Positions 7,512 through 16,084 of a stretch of DNA of 24,000 nt are shown here, piece by piece (position 1 is the stretch's first letter; the number at the start of each line of letters is the position of its first letter). This DNA is from an uncultured Hyphomicrobiales bacterium (GTDB taxonomy: Bacteria; Pseudomonadota; Alphaproteobacteria; Rhizobiales; Stappiaceae). The notes below the pieces were generated by a model. The model was given only the letters and a program-made list of their open reading frames with translations. It was not told the DNA's origin and ran no database searches. Position numbers and translations under genes: made by a program. The stretch spans positions 173,366-197,365 of the forward strand of contig CAYXAA010000001.1 in NCBI GenBank assembly GCA_964462985.1, given 5' to 3'.

Positions 7512-9050
7512 TCAGCGGTCGGCGACGACTTTCGGCCGCGACGGCCGCACCTCGCGCGGCCGCTCTGCCCGTGCGGCGGCGCGATCGGGCAGCACGAACT
7601 CGAAGGTCGCGCCCGGCCCCGGCCGGTCGGACAGGTAAATCGATCCACCGTGCGCACGCACCAGTTCGGCGGCGATGGCGAGTCCGAGCCCGGTGCCGCC
7701 GCTCTTGGTCGAGGCCTGAAACGGGCGGAACAGAGTGCGCCGCACCGTTTCCGGGACGCCCGGCCCGGTATCGCTGACGCGGATGACGGCGCCGCCGTCG
7801 TCGCGTTCAGCCTCGACGGTAATGCGGCTGACCAGTGCCGGGTCGGCCGTCGTCTCCAGGGCCTGCAAGGCGTTGCGGGTGAGATTCATCAAGATGCGGA
7901 ACAGGTGTTCCGGATCGGCGTCGACCTCGAGATCGGGTGCGATGCGGACGTCGAAGCCGATACGCTCGTGGCCGGTAAGGCCCAACACCTCCGCGACATC
8001 TTCCGCGATGCGGGCGACACGCACGAGTCGGCGCTTCGGCGGCGCCTCGGTGGTGCGGCCATAGGAAAGCACGGCCTGGGTGTAGCCGACAGCGCGGTCG
8101 AGCGCGGCAATGATCTTGGGCGCTAACCGCTGCACGGTCGGATCGGCGACGAGTTCGAGCCGTTCCGAGAACAGTTGTGCCGAGGCAAGTAGATTGCGCA
8201 GGTCATGGTTGATCTTGGAGACGGCGAGCCCGAGGTCGGCAAGGTGACGCTGACGTTCCAACGTATCGGCCAGCACCTGCTGCATCTCCGCCAAGCGCCG
8301 TTCGGCGTCGCCGATCTCGTCGGAACGCCCTGACGGCGTGGCGATCCGCGAGCGGTCGTCGGGATCTTCCGAAAAGCGGATCATGGAGCGTGTCAGCCGC
8401 TGCATGGGCCGAAGGAACAGCCAGCGCAGGCTGAAGTAGACCAGCGTCGCCGTGACTACTGAAATCACGAGCGACAGCCCGAGAATGCGCACGGAGAAGG
8501 CCAGCATGTCATCGCGCAACAGCCGCTCCGGAACCACGATGTCGACCTTGCCCCCGGTTCCCATGTGGCTCGGCCCGATGAGACGCATGTAGCCGCTGCC
8601 GCCGCGGAGCAGAATCTCGAAGCTTTCGAGGATGGCTAGCGTGGGCGTCATGTCGCTCATGTCGACGACGCTGTCGATCGAGCTCGGCTTCTCGCTCATC
8701 GCGATCAGGCGCCGGCGCTCGCCCTCGAGCAGGGAAATTGCGACCGCGCCGGTTGAGCGCAACAGGTCTTCCTGCAGGCGGGGAGCGACCGTGTTGGTGA
8801 CGCTCAGCACGGTGGCCGCGACGCCGGCCGTGGTCAGCCGATCCCTGACCCAGTTGTTGCGGAAGTTGGCGATCGACGGCACGTAGATGAAGATTTCGCT
8901 CAACATCACGAACAGCACGGTGAGGATGAGCAGCTTGCCGGACAGTCCGCTCCAGCGGCGCGGCGGCGGCGCGTCGCCGCCCATCTCCGGCCGGGGCCCG
9001 TCCTGCACGAGCGCAGCCGGCGCATCGTCGGTGATCCTCGTCCTGGTCAA
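7512..9050 (-). CDS. membrane sensor histidine kinase (HisKA + HATPase_c), no adjacent response regulator
   Basis: H-box SKINHDLRNLLASAQLF, N-box LMNLTRNALQA, G1 VSDTGPGVP and G2 GGTGLGLAIAAELV. Two TM helices (LLILTVLFVMLSEIFIYVPSI and ILGLSLVISVVTATLVYFSL) flank a ~150-aa periplasmic segment. The start is uncertain. I chose the TTG at 9050 because AGGAGA lies ~10 nt upstream and third-position GC rises from there. The alternatives are the track start at 9122 and the ATG at 8984. Confidence 0.85.
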   Translation of the reverse strand: MTRTRITDDAPAALVQDGPRPEMGGDAPPPRRWSGLSGKLLILTVLFVMLSEIFIYVPSIANFRNNWVRDRLTTAGVAATVLSVTNTVAPRLQEDLLRSTGAVAISLLEGERRRLIAMSEKPSSIDSVVDMSDMTPTLAILESFEILLRGGSGYMRLIGPSHMGTGGKVDIVVPERLLRDDMLAFSVRILGLSLVISVVTATLVYFSLRWLFLRPMQRLTRSMIRFSEDPDDRSRIATPSGRSDEIGDAERRLAEMQQVLADTLERQRHLADLGLAVSKINHDLRNLLASAQLFSERLELVADPTVQRLAPKIIAALDRAVGYTQAVLSYGRTTEAPPKRRLVRVARIAEDVAEVLGLTGHERIGFDVRIAPDLEVDADPEHLFRILMNLTRNALQALETTADPALVSRITVEAERDDGGAVIRVSDTGPGVPETVRRTLFRPFQASTKSGGTGLGLAIAAELVRAHGGSIYLSDRPGPGATFEFVLPDRAAARAERPREVRPSRPKVVADR

Positions 9051-9222
9051 GCGTTCGGAGTCTCCTGACTCGCCCGTCACCCTTCCGCCGATCCGATCGG
9101 AGGCGCAAAAGCGCCCCTTCAAAGGTCGCCAGTCATTCTAGCGTGCATCGGGACGGCAAGGAAACAGCCCGCGCGGCCACTCGGCGCCGGATCGGGGTTT
9201 GCGGCTGCAGGGTGCAATGACG

Positions 9223-10653
9223 TCAGCCGAAACGAGCGAGCGTGCGGACGAGGCGGCGGAGCCAGGGGTTGTGTGCGCTCGCTGCGTAGTAGCCGAGCGC
9301 GGCACGGCGCACGGCCTCACTGAACGTGGGATAGGGCGCGACGAAGCCTAAAAGGTCCGCAACCCTCGCCTTGCGCGCCAGAGCGAAAGAGAGCAAGGCG
9401 ACGATCTCCCCGGCTGCGGCCCCGGCAACGCCGGCGCCGAGGAGCCGGCCACGCGGCCCGACCACGAGCTTGACCAGCCCCGCGGTCTCTCGCTCCGACC
9501 GGGCTCGATCGTTTTCGGAGAAGGGCGCACGCAGCACAGTGACCCGGTCACCATGGCGTTCGCGTGCCGTGGCCTCGTCGAGACCGACGAAGCCAATCTC
9601 GGGGGCGGTATAAGTCACCCGCGGATACGATTCCGGCGTCTCGCGGACGGGGAGCCTGAACAGCGCGGAGCGCACCACCAGCCCGGCCTGGTGGCCGGCG
9701 ACGTGGGTAAACTGCGGTCCGCCGGCGACATCGCCGATGGCGTAGACCCGAGGGTTGCTGGTCCGCAATCCGCGATTGACGGTAATTCCGCGGGCGGTCG
9801 ATGCAACGCCCGCCGCCTCGAGCCCGAGACCGTCGATTGTGGCCTTGCGACCGACGGCCACCAGAAGGTGGCTGCCGGCGACCACGCGCTCGCCGCCGGG
9901 ACCGGATGCGGCAAGCGTGATCGCGCCCGGTGCGCCCGATACCGCGGTGACCTTGGCCTGCTCCAGGATTTCGATGCCGTCGGAGCGGAGCCCGGCCAGT
10001 GCGATTTCGGCCAGTTCCCGGTCCTCGCGGCCGAGCGCGGCCGCGGCTTCGATCACGGTGACTCGGGCACCGAGGCGGCGAAAGGCCTGGGCGAACTCAA
10101 GTCCGACCGGGCCGCCCCCCATCACCAGGAGATGCTCCGGGCATGTTGTGAGATCGAACACGGTCTCGTTGGTCAGGAACGGTACCGTGTCGAGGCCCGG
10201 AATGAGCGGTATGGCCGGACGCGATCCGGTGGCGATGACGAAGCGGCGGGCGCGGATCGAGAAGCCGCCGGCGGATACGGTCTCCGGCCCGGAGAATGCG
10301 GCTGCGGCTCGGATCACCCTGACCCCCAGCCGCTCGAACCGTTCGACGGAGTCATGCGGCGCAATACCGGCGATCACGTCGCGCACATGGGCCATGACAC
10401 GGGCAAAATCGACAGCAACGCCCGCCGGCACCGTGATGCCGAAGTCCGCGCTGCCAACGGCGTGACCGGCACGGCGGGCGGCGGCGATCAACGCCTTGGA
10501 CGGAACGCAGCCGGAGTTGAGGCAGTCGCCGCCCATGCGCCCTTTCTCGATCAGCACGGTTTCCGCCCCGAAGGCAGCGGCCGCTGCCGCGACCGTGAGC
10601 CCGGCCGAACCGGCACCGATGACGCAGATGTCCGGAGCCAGCGTCTCCGCCAT
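9223..10653 (-). CDS. class I FAD-dependent pyridine nucleotide-disulfide oxidoreductase (Lpd/MerA-like, atypical)
   Basis: The ATG at 10653 gives MAETLAPDICVIGAGSAGLTVA (the FAD-binding GxGxxG). Also present are the redox-active disulfide GGDCLNSGCVPSK, a second Rossmann fold LLVMGGGPVGLEFA, and IGDVAG. The dimerisation domain ends in PYPTFSEA. The track's 53-codon Arg-rich N-terminal extension was discarded. Confidence 0.9.
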   Translation of the reverse strand: MAETLAPDICVIGAGSAGLTVAAAAAAFGAETVLIEKGRMGGDCLNSGCVPSKALIAAARRAGHAVGSADFGITVPAGVAVDFARVMAHVRDVIAGIAPHDSVERFERLGVRVIRAAAAFSGPETVSAGGFSIRARRFVIATGSRPAIPLIPGLDTVPFLTNETVFDLTTCPEHLLVMGGGPVGLEFAQAFRRLGARVTVIEAAAALGREDRELAEIALAGLRSDGIEILEQAKVTAVSGAPGAITLAASGPGGERVVAGSHLLVAVGRKATIDGLGLEAAGVASTARGITVNRGLRTSNPRVYAIGDVAGGPQFTHVAGHQAGLVVRSALFRLPVRETPESYPRVTYTAPEIGFVGLDEATARERHGDRVTVLRAPFSENDRARSERETAGLVKLVVGPRGRLLGAGVAGAAAGEIVALLSFALARKARVADLLGFVAPYPTFSEAVRRAALGYYAASAHNPWLRRLVRTLARFG

Positions 10654-10664
10654 GGCGTTGGCCC

Positions 10665-11537
10665 TCACAGATCGCCACCTGGTCGGCCTCGGCGCAGGCG
10701 CCGGGCAAGGACGGGCAGCAGCGCGACGACGCCGAGAGCGGCGGTTGAAATCAGAAGCTCGGAGGTGATCAGCGCGGACAGATCCACATTGCAAGAGCCG
10801 GCGGTTGCACAACCGGGATGTGCCTTCTCCTGCGCGGCGATGACGCTGTCGAGACCCGCGCCGACGACGGAATAGGCGTAGGTGCCGGGCAGGATGCCGA
10901 TGAAGGTCGCAAGGAGATATGTTCTGAGCGGCACGCGGAACAGCGCCGGGGCCATGTTGACGAGCCAGAACGGGAAGATCGGGGTCAGACGCAGAAACAG
11001 GAGATAATTGAAGGCGTCGGCCCGAAAACCCTCCGCCAACCGCTCCAGCCGGGGCGAGGATCGTCTTGTCAGGGCTTCACCCAGCGACGTTCGGGCGGCA
11101 AGGAAGATCAACATCGCTCCGAAGGTGGCGGCAAACACCGTCAGCGTGCCGCCGACGAGCCAGCCAAACAGGAAGCCGCCGGCGATGGTGATCAAAGACG
11201 CACCGGGGAACGACAAGGCCACGGCCACCGCATAAATCGCGACATAGGCCAGCACGGCCGTAAGCGTGTGGCCGTTGACCATGCCGACGAGGTGCGATCG
11301 ATGGCGGATCAGGGACGACAGTGTCAAAGGCTCATGCCAGCCCTGAGAGTAGCCGTACAACGCGATGGCACCGATCAGCGCGATCGGCGCCCAGCGCCGA
11401 ACCATCCACCGGTCGGCCGGCTTGTCCGCCTCCGACCCCGCCCCTGCCTTCTGGCGCAAGGCCGGGCCACCGCGCCCGCTTCGCTGCGGCATTGCTCTCC
11501 CGGCGCCTCCGGTCGGCCGATACGGTTCGGACATCAT
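10665..11537 (-). CDS. TVP38/TMEM64 (DedA-superfamily, VTT/SNARE-associated domain) membrane protein
   Basis: Family-typical core SFPGASLITIAGGFLFGWLVGGTLTVFAATFGAMLIFLAARTSLGE...FNYLLFLRLTPIFPFWLVNMAPALFRV.LRTYLLATFIGILPGT. GGAG lies 4-7 nt upstream of the ATGATG at 11537/11534. The stop is only 11 nt before the reductase start codon. Confidence 0.85.
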   Translation of the reverse strand: MMSEPYRPTGGAGRAMPQRSGRGGPALRQKAGAGSEADKPADRWMVRRWAPIALIGAIALYGYSQGWHEPLTLSSLIRHRSHLVGMVNGHTLTAVLAYVAIYAVAVALSFPGASLITIAGGFLFGWLVGGTLTVFAATFGAMLIFLAARTSLGEALTRRSSPRLERLAEGFRADAFNYLLFLRLTPIFPFWLVNMAPALFRVPLRTYLLATFIGILPGTYAYSVVGAGLDSVIAAQEKAHPGCATAGSCNVDLSALITSELLISTAALGVVALLPVLARRLRRGRPGGDL

Positions 11538-11706
11538 AATACTCCAGTCCTGGTCGGGACTTGCCATGGTTTGCCGCCGCTGTCTCGTGCTATGTGGCGT
11601 AGTCCTGTCAGCTATGCGGCCCCCTCACCCGATTTTGAGTCTCGCCCGCTGCCTCATCACCGGCGCGTGACAGGCGACCCGGACGGCGCCTCCCGGACTG
11701 TTCTCG

Positions 11707-11735
11707 TTGACTTCCTGCGGCACCGCCCGTATAAG
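11707..11735 (+). promoter_or_regulatory. sigma70-type promoter candidate for rpmH-rnpA-yidC
   Basis: TTGACT (11707-11712), a 17-nt spacer, then TATAAG (11730-11735). Each hexamer matches TTGACA/TATAAT at 5 of 6 positions. It lies about 165 nt upstream of the rpmH ATG and is the best consensus match I saw in the window. Confidence 0.5.
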
Positions 11736-11904
11736 CCCGCACGATCGGAACATGCCGTCCGGGCGGCTTCCGCGGAGGCCGGTCGCCTCATGGGTCGGCC
11801 CGCTCGGGATCACCCGAAGGGTTTGCCTCGGGGATGCTCGGGTGCTTTCCACGAAACAAGTCATAAACTGAGGGCCGCGCGCCCGTCGCGCGCGGGAAAC
11901 GACA

Positions 11905-12039
11905 ATGAAGCGTACCTATCAGCCGAGCCGCCTCGTCCGGAAGCGTCGCCACGGCTTCCGCGCCCGCATGGCTACCAAGAACGGTCGTCAGGTTCTCGCC
12001 CGCCGTCGCGCCAAGGGCCGCAAGCGGCTCAGCGCCTGA
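11905..12039 (+). CDS. rpmH: 50S ribosomal protein L34
   Basis: Too short for the ORF track. My translation is [44 protein letters not shown], the canonical 44-aa L34. It sits directly upstream of rnpA, as in most bacteria. Confidence 0.95.
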   Translation: MKRTYQPSRLVRKRRHGFRARMATKNGRQVLARRRAKGRKRLSA

Positions 12040-12073
12040 TCGCGCGAGTCGACGACCGGCGGAGGCCCCACTC

Positions 12074-12520
12074 ATGGCCGGCAAACCGCTGCCCCGCGCT
12101 CCGCAGACCCTGAAGAAGCGCTCCGAGTTTGTGGCCGTCGCCAAGGGTGGCCGCCGGGCTCGGCGCGCATTTGTGCTGCAGGCGATCGAGCGGTCGAACG
12201 ACAGTCGTCACGACAACGCCCCGCGGGTGGGCTATACGGTGACCAAGAAAGTCGGTTGTGCAGTGGTGCGCAACCGGATCAGGCGCCGGCTCCGAGCGGC
12301 GATGCAGGCTGCGGGCGATGCCGCCATGGCCGGCACCGACTACGTGGTCGTCGGGCGCGGCGATGCGCTGCGCCAGGACTTCGCCGAACTGGTCGACGAG
12401 CTCCGCGACTGTCTCGCCAGGCCCCGGACTAAGCCTGACGCTGGACCGCGACGCAGACGTCCGTCGAAGTCCGGCCGTCGTGCGCCGGAGCAAGAGCTTC
12501 CCCTGTCGAAACAAGGCTGA
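12074..12520 (+). CDS. rnpA: ribonuclease P protein component
   Basis: Pattern LKKRSEFVAV...RVGYTVTKKVGCAVVRNRIRRRLR (the RNR motif). It holds the conserved position between rpmH and yidC. It carries an Arg/Pro-rich C-terminal tail. Confidence 0.9.
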   Translation: MAGKPLPRAPQTLKKRSEFVAVAKGGRRARRAFVLQAIERSNDSRHDNAPRVGYTVTKKVGCAVVRNRIRRRLRAAMQAAGDAAMAGTDYVVVGRGDALRQDFAELVDELRDCLARPRTKPDAGPRRRRPSKSGRRAPEQELPLSKQG

Positions 12521-12523
12521 CCG

Positions 12524-14344
12524 ATGGCCGATAACCGGAACACCATTCTCGCGATCGTGCTGTCGCTGATCGTCTTTCTGGGCTGGCAGTATTTTGTTGC
12601 CCAGCCACAGATTGAACGCCAGCGCCAACTCGCGCAGCAACAGCAGGCGACGCAGACCACCGAACAGGGACAGCCTTCGACCGCGCCTCAACCGGTACCA
12701 GGTCCGGGTCAAGCCGATGCACCCACGGCCGGAGCGCCGGCGGCGGGCGGCGGCGCCGTTGTCGTTGACCGGGAGGCCGCGCTGGCGGCAACGCGCCGCG
12801 TGGCAATCGAGACGCCGCGCATCTCCGGATCGATCAACCTGACCGGCGGCCGCATCGACGACGTGCGTCTCAAGGATTACCGCGAGACGGTCGAACCGGA
12901 CAGCGAGACCATCGTGTTGTTCTCGCCGAAGGGCAGCCCGCACCCCTACTACGCCGACTACGGCTGGGTGGCCGAGCCGGGCGCAAATGTGGCGCTGCCA
13001 GGTCCTGACACCCTGTGGACCGTGGAAGACGGCGCGAAACTGACGCCGTCGACGCCTGTGACGCTTACCTTCGACAACGGCGCCGGGCTTGTGTTCAAGC
13101 GCACGATCGCCATCGACGACAACTACATGTTCTCCGTCAGCCAGTCGGTGGAGAACACCGGAACGGACAGCGTGCGGCTCTACCCTTATGGGCTGATCGC
13201 ACGACACGGCAGGCCGGAGACGGCCGGCTTCTTCATCCTGCACGAGGGCATGATCGGTGTCTTCGGCGATGGAGGTCTGTCCGAGATTGACTACGACACG
13301 CTCGTCGAGGACGGCAATGTCAATCCCGGCAAGGTCGACCAGGGCTGGCTCGGCATCACCGACAAGTACTGGGCCGCCACGCTGATTCCGACCCCCGGCG
13401 AGAGCTTCCAGCCACGCTTTTCTCATGTTCAGGCCACGGACAACTATCAGGCCGACTTCCTTGGCGACGTGGTCGAGATCGCCGCCGGCGCCACCGGCGA
13501 AACGAAGTCGAACCTGTTTGCCGGCGCCAAGGAAGTGAACCTGATCGACGGCTACGAGGCGGCGCTCGGCATCAAGCAGTTCGAGCTCCTGATCGACTGG
13601 GGCTGGTTCTACTTCCTGACCAAGCCGATGTTCTTTGCCATCGACTATCTGTTCAAGCTGGTCGGGAACTTCGGCGTGGCCATTTTGTTGGTTACCGTCA
13701 TCATCAAGGCGATTTTCTTCCCGCTCGCCAACAAGTCCTACGTATCCATGAGCAAGATGAAGCTCGTGCAGCCGCAGATGACGGAGATCCGCGAGCGCTA
13801 CAAGGACGACAGGGCCAAGCAGCAGCAGGCCCTCATGGAGCTCTATAAGAAGGAGAAGATCAACCCGCTGGCCGGCTGTTTGCCGATCCTGATCCAGATC
13901 CCGGTGTTCTTCGCGCTCTACAAGGTGCTGTTTGTCACCATCGAAATGCGCCACGCACCATTCTTCGGCTGGATCCGGGATCTCTCCGCTCCCGATCCGA
14001 CCACCATCTTCAACCTGTTCGGCCTGATCCCATGGGATCCGCCTTCGTTGCTCATGCTCGGCGTCTGGCCGTTGATCATGGGCGTGACCATGTTCGTGCA
14101 GATGAAGATGAACCCGGCACCGCCGGATCCCACCCAACAGATGATCTTCACCTGGATGCCGGTGATCTTCACCTTCATGCTGGCATCGTTCCCGGCGGGT
14201 CTAGTGATCTACTGGGCCTGGAACAACACGCTCTCGATTGCGCAGCAGTACATCATCATGCGGCGCCAGGGCGTCAAGGTCGAGCTCTGGGACAACTTGC
14301 GCTCGACGTTCAAACGCCAGAAGCCGAAGGGCGAGGCGAGCTGA
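12524..14344 (+). CDS. yidC: membrane protein insertase YidC
   Basis: 606 aa. N-terminal TM helix ([19 protein letters not shown]), a large periplasmic P1 domain, then the conserved core [11 protein letters not shown]...[34 protein letters not shown]...[38 protein letters not shown]. The start is 3 nt after the rnpA stop. Confidence 0.97.
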   Translation: MADNRNTILAIVLSLIVFLGWQYFVAQPQIERQRQLAQQQQATQTTEQGQPSTAPQPVPGPGQADAPTAGAPAAGGGAVVVDREAALAATRRVAIETPRISGSINLTGGRIDDVRLKDYRETVEPDSETIVLFSPKGSPHPYYADYGWVAEPGANVALPGPDTLWTVEDGAKLTPSTPVTLTFDNGAGLVFKRTIAIDDNYMFSVSQSVENTGTDSVRLYPYGLIARHGRPETAGFFILHEGMIGVFGDGGLSEIDYDTLVEDGNVNPGKVDQGWLGITDKYWAATLIPTPGESFQPRFSHVQATDNYQADFLGDVVEIAAGATGETKSNLFAGAKEVNLIDGYEAALGIKQFELLIDWGWFYFLTKPMFFAIDYLFKLVGNFGVAILLVTVIIKAIFFPLANKSYVSMSKMKLVQPQMTEIRERYKDDRAKQQQALMELYKKEKINPLAGCLPILIQIPVFFALYKVLFVTIEMRHAPFFGWIRDLSAPDPTTIFNLFGLIPWDPPSLLMLGVWPLIMGVTMFVQMKMNPAPPDPTQQMIFTWMPVIFTFMLASFPAGLVIYWAWNNTLSIAQQYIIMRRQGVKVELWDNLRSTFKRQKPKGEAS

Positions 14345-14351
14345 CGAGACC

Positions 14352-14374
14352 GCGGCCGTCTGAAGGGCGGCCGC
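14352..14374 (+). terminator. GC hairpin just after the yidC stop (weak terminator candidate)
   Basis: GCGGCCG (14352-14358) pairs with CGGCCGC (14368-14374) around a 9-nt loop, starting 8 nt after the TGA. No U-tract follows, so any intrinsic-terminator function is doubtful. Confidence 0.25.
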
Positions 14375-14618
14375 CGCCAGCCATGGTGCTTCGCGCGTGA
14401 AGCTACTCCGGTTCGCCATCAACGAAGAGGTTATTGGTCGCCATGATCAGGTAGTGCGGACCCGTGCTCCGGGATGAACGCGGGAACAGGCTTCCGCCAA
14501 AGTTCCCTCTGCAGGGCGTGATCGCCTTGCGCCCCGGAATTCCAGACGGGTCAGACAGCGCCGCTGGCTTGGCATCCTGCTGGCCGGTTCCTTCTGTTCC
14601 AGCGCCTGGAAAACTCCG

Positions 14619-15266
14619 ATGCACGGTCCGAGCCCTGAAACGCTTCATCCACTGCGGGGCGAGCCGCACACCGTCTTCCTCAAGGCCGTGGTCACGCGGC
14701 CGAACATCATCGTCGGCGACTACAGCTACTATCACGATCCCGAAGGCGCCGCGGCGTTCGAGGAGCGCTGCGTCCGCTACCACTACGATTTCATCGGCGA
14801 CCGGCTGGTGATCGGCCGCTTCTGCGCGCTTGCGACCGGCATCCAGTTCATCATGAACGGCGCCAATCACGCCCTGTCCGGATTTTCGACCTATCCGTTC
14901 AACATCTTCGAGGCCGGCTGGCAGGTCGGCTTCGATCCCAAGGCCTTCGAGCAGGGGCTGCGAGGGGACACGGTGGTCGGCAACGACGTGTGGCTCGGCC
15001 GCGAGGCGACGATCCTGCCGGGTGTCACCATCGGCGATGGCGCGGTTGTCGGGGCCAAGGCGGTGGTCGCCGCCGACGTTCCGCCCTTTGCGGTGGTCGT
15101 CGGCAATCCTGCCCGCGTCGTCCGGCATCGGTTTCCGGCGGACGTGGTGACGCGCCTCCTCGAGGTCTCCTGGTGGCACTGGCCGGCCGAGAAGATCACG
15201 CGCCACCTCGACGCGATCCGCGGCGCTGACCTCGACCGGCTGCAGCAGGCGGCAGAAGCCACGTAA
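14619..15266 (+). CDS. Vat-family (streptogramin A / xenobiotic) hexapeptide-repeat O-acetyltransferase homologue
   Basis: It aligns by eye along its whole length with VatD as I remember it. [14 protein letters not shown] corresponds to MGPNPMKMYPIEG, VGDYSYY to VGEYSYY, and [17 protein letters not shown] to IMNGANHRMDGSTYPF (catalytic His). The stretch [31 protein letters not shown]...[13 protein letters not shown] and then WWHWP correspond to WWNWP. CatB-type motifs (IMAGNQGH) fit less well. Confidence 0.85.
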   Translation: MHGPSPETLHPLRGEPHTVFLKAVVTRPNIIVGDYSYYHDPEGAAAFEERCVRYHYDFIGDRLVIGRFCALATGIQFIMNGANHALSGFSTYPFNIFEAGWQVGFDPKAFEQGLRGDTVVGNDVWLGREATILPGVTIGDGAVVGAKAVVAADVPPFAVVVGNPARVVRHRFPADVVTRLLEVSWWHWPAEKITRHLDAIRGADLDRLQQAAEAT

Positions 15267-15282
15267 GGCTCGTTGCCGCCTT

Positions 15283-15876
15283 CTAGAGTCCGCTGATGCG
15301 ACTGATCACCTCGCCGATCAGCAGGCTGAGAAGCAGATCGAGCACGACCACACCAATTGCCAGCCCGACCGGCGCCTTCAATGCGATCCGCGCCACCTGG
15401 TAGCGGTAGTGCATCACGATCGCCATGGCCGCGAGCGTGAGGACGATCATGACCGGCGCGGTGACGATATCGAGCAGATAGAGCAGCGCCGGCAGCGTGA
15501 AGGGTATGACCGCGATCAGCGATGTCCAGTTCCGGGCGACGATGAAGGCGGCATAGCCGTGGCTGATCGCGAGCGGGCGCGCCAGCACCGCGAGCAGCAG
15601 CGGCAGCATGACCCAGTCGATAGCGAAGCCGAACAACTGGGCAACGGCGAATCGGCCATCGGGGAACTCGTCGGACGGAACCGGGATCTCCGAAAGAATC
15701 AGACGGCGCTCCGCGAGCAGCGAGACGACAAACGGCGGCAACAGCAGAAAGAACACCTGGAAGGAGCGCCAGAATCCGTCGACCGACAGATCGAAGGCGT
15801 TCATCCCGTCCGGGCGCCCCCGGAACAGCGCCCAGGATCCGACAAGGGAACGGCGGATCTCATCGGCATTCAGCAT
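15283..15876 (-). CDS. hypothetical polytopic membrane protein (about 4-5 TM), family not recognised
   Basis: I call the start at the second ATG (15876), which has AGGAG 9 nt upstream. Hydrophobic helices run throughout (FQVFFLLLPPFVVSLL, LFGFAIDWVMLPLLLAVLA, LIAVIPFTLPALLYLL, VMIVLTLAAMAIVM, GLAIGVVVLDLLLSLLIG). Third-position GC is high. Confidence 0.7.
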   Translation of the reverse strand: MLNADEIRRSLVGSWALFRGRPDGMNAFDLSVDGFWRSFQVFFLLLPPFVVSLLAERRLILSEIPVPSDEFPDGRFAVAQLFGFAIDWVMLPLLLAVLARPLAISHGYAAFIVARNWTSLIAVIPFTLPALLYLLDIVTAPVMIVLTLAAMAIVMHYRYQVARIALKAPVGLAIGVVVLDLLLSLLIGEVISRISGL

Positions 15877-16084
15877 GGGTATCACGCTCCTGCGTTCCAT
15901 CGGACAGACACCGCCGCCGCCCGCATACGATGGCCGAATGGTCCTCGGGCCGACTTTGTCATCATCGTGACAGCCTGACGCCGGCAGGCGCGCTTACCGG
16001 CCCGCGTGACGCGCCAGCGGCGCACTCAGCCGCCACGAGATGATCATCGAGGGGGCGCCGTTGTCCCAGCGTCCCTTCGATCTA

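Noticed and set aside
9553-12113. Plus-strand ORFs of 440 aa (9553-10875) and 431 aa (10818-12113).
   Set aside because: They are antisense to the disulfide reductase and the TVP38 gene respectively. They are Arg/Gly/Asp-rich shadows. The second one would also run through the rpmH promoter and gene in the wrong frame.
12029-14137. 702-aa ORF on the minus strand, the longest ORF in the track.
   Set aside because: It lies exactly antisense to yidC, whose identity is unambiguous. The translation is a low-complexity Arg/His/Asp/Leu-rich string with no motifs. This is a typical shadow ORF of high-GC coding DNA.
15957-15972. TGTCA-N6-TGACA inverted repeat about 80-95 nt upstream of the membrane-protein gene (15876). 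It looks superficially like a CRP/FNR-type site.
   Set aside because: The half-sites are only 5 bp and differ from the CRP (TGTGA/TCACA) and FNR (TTGAT/ATCAA) cores. A single occurrence cannot be distinguished from chance by eye.
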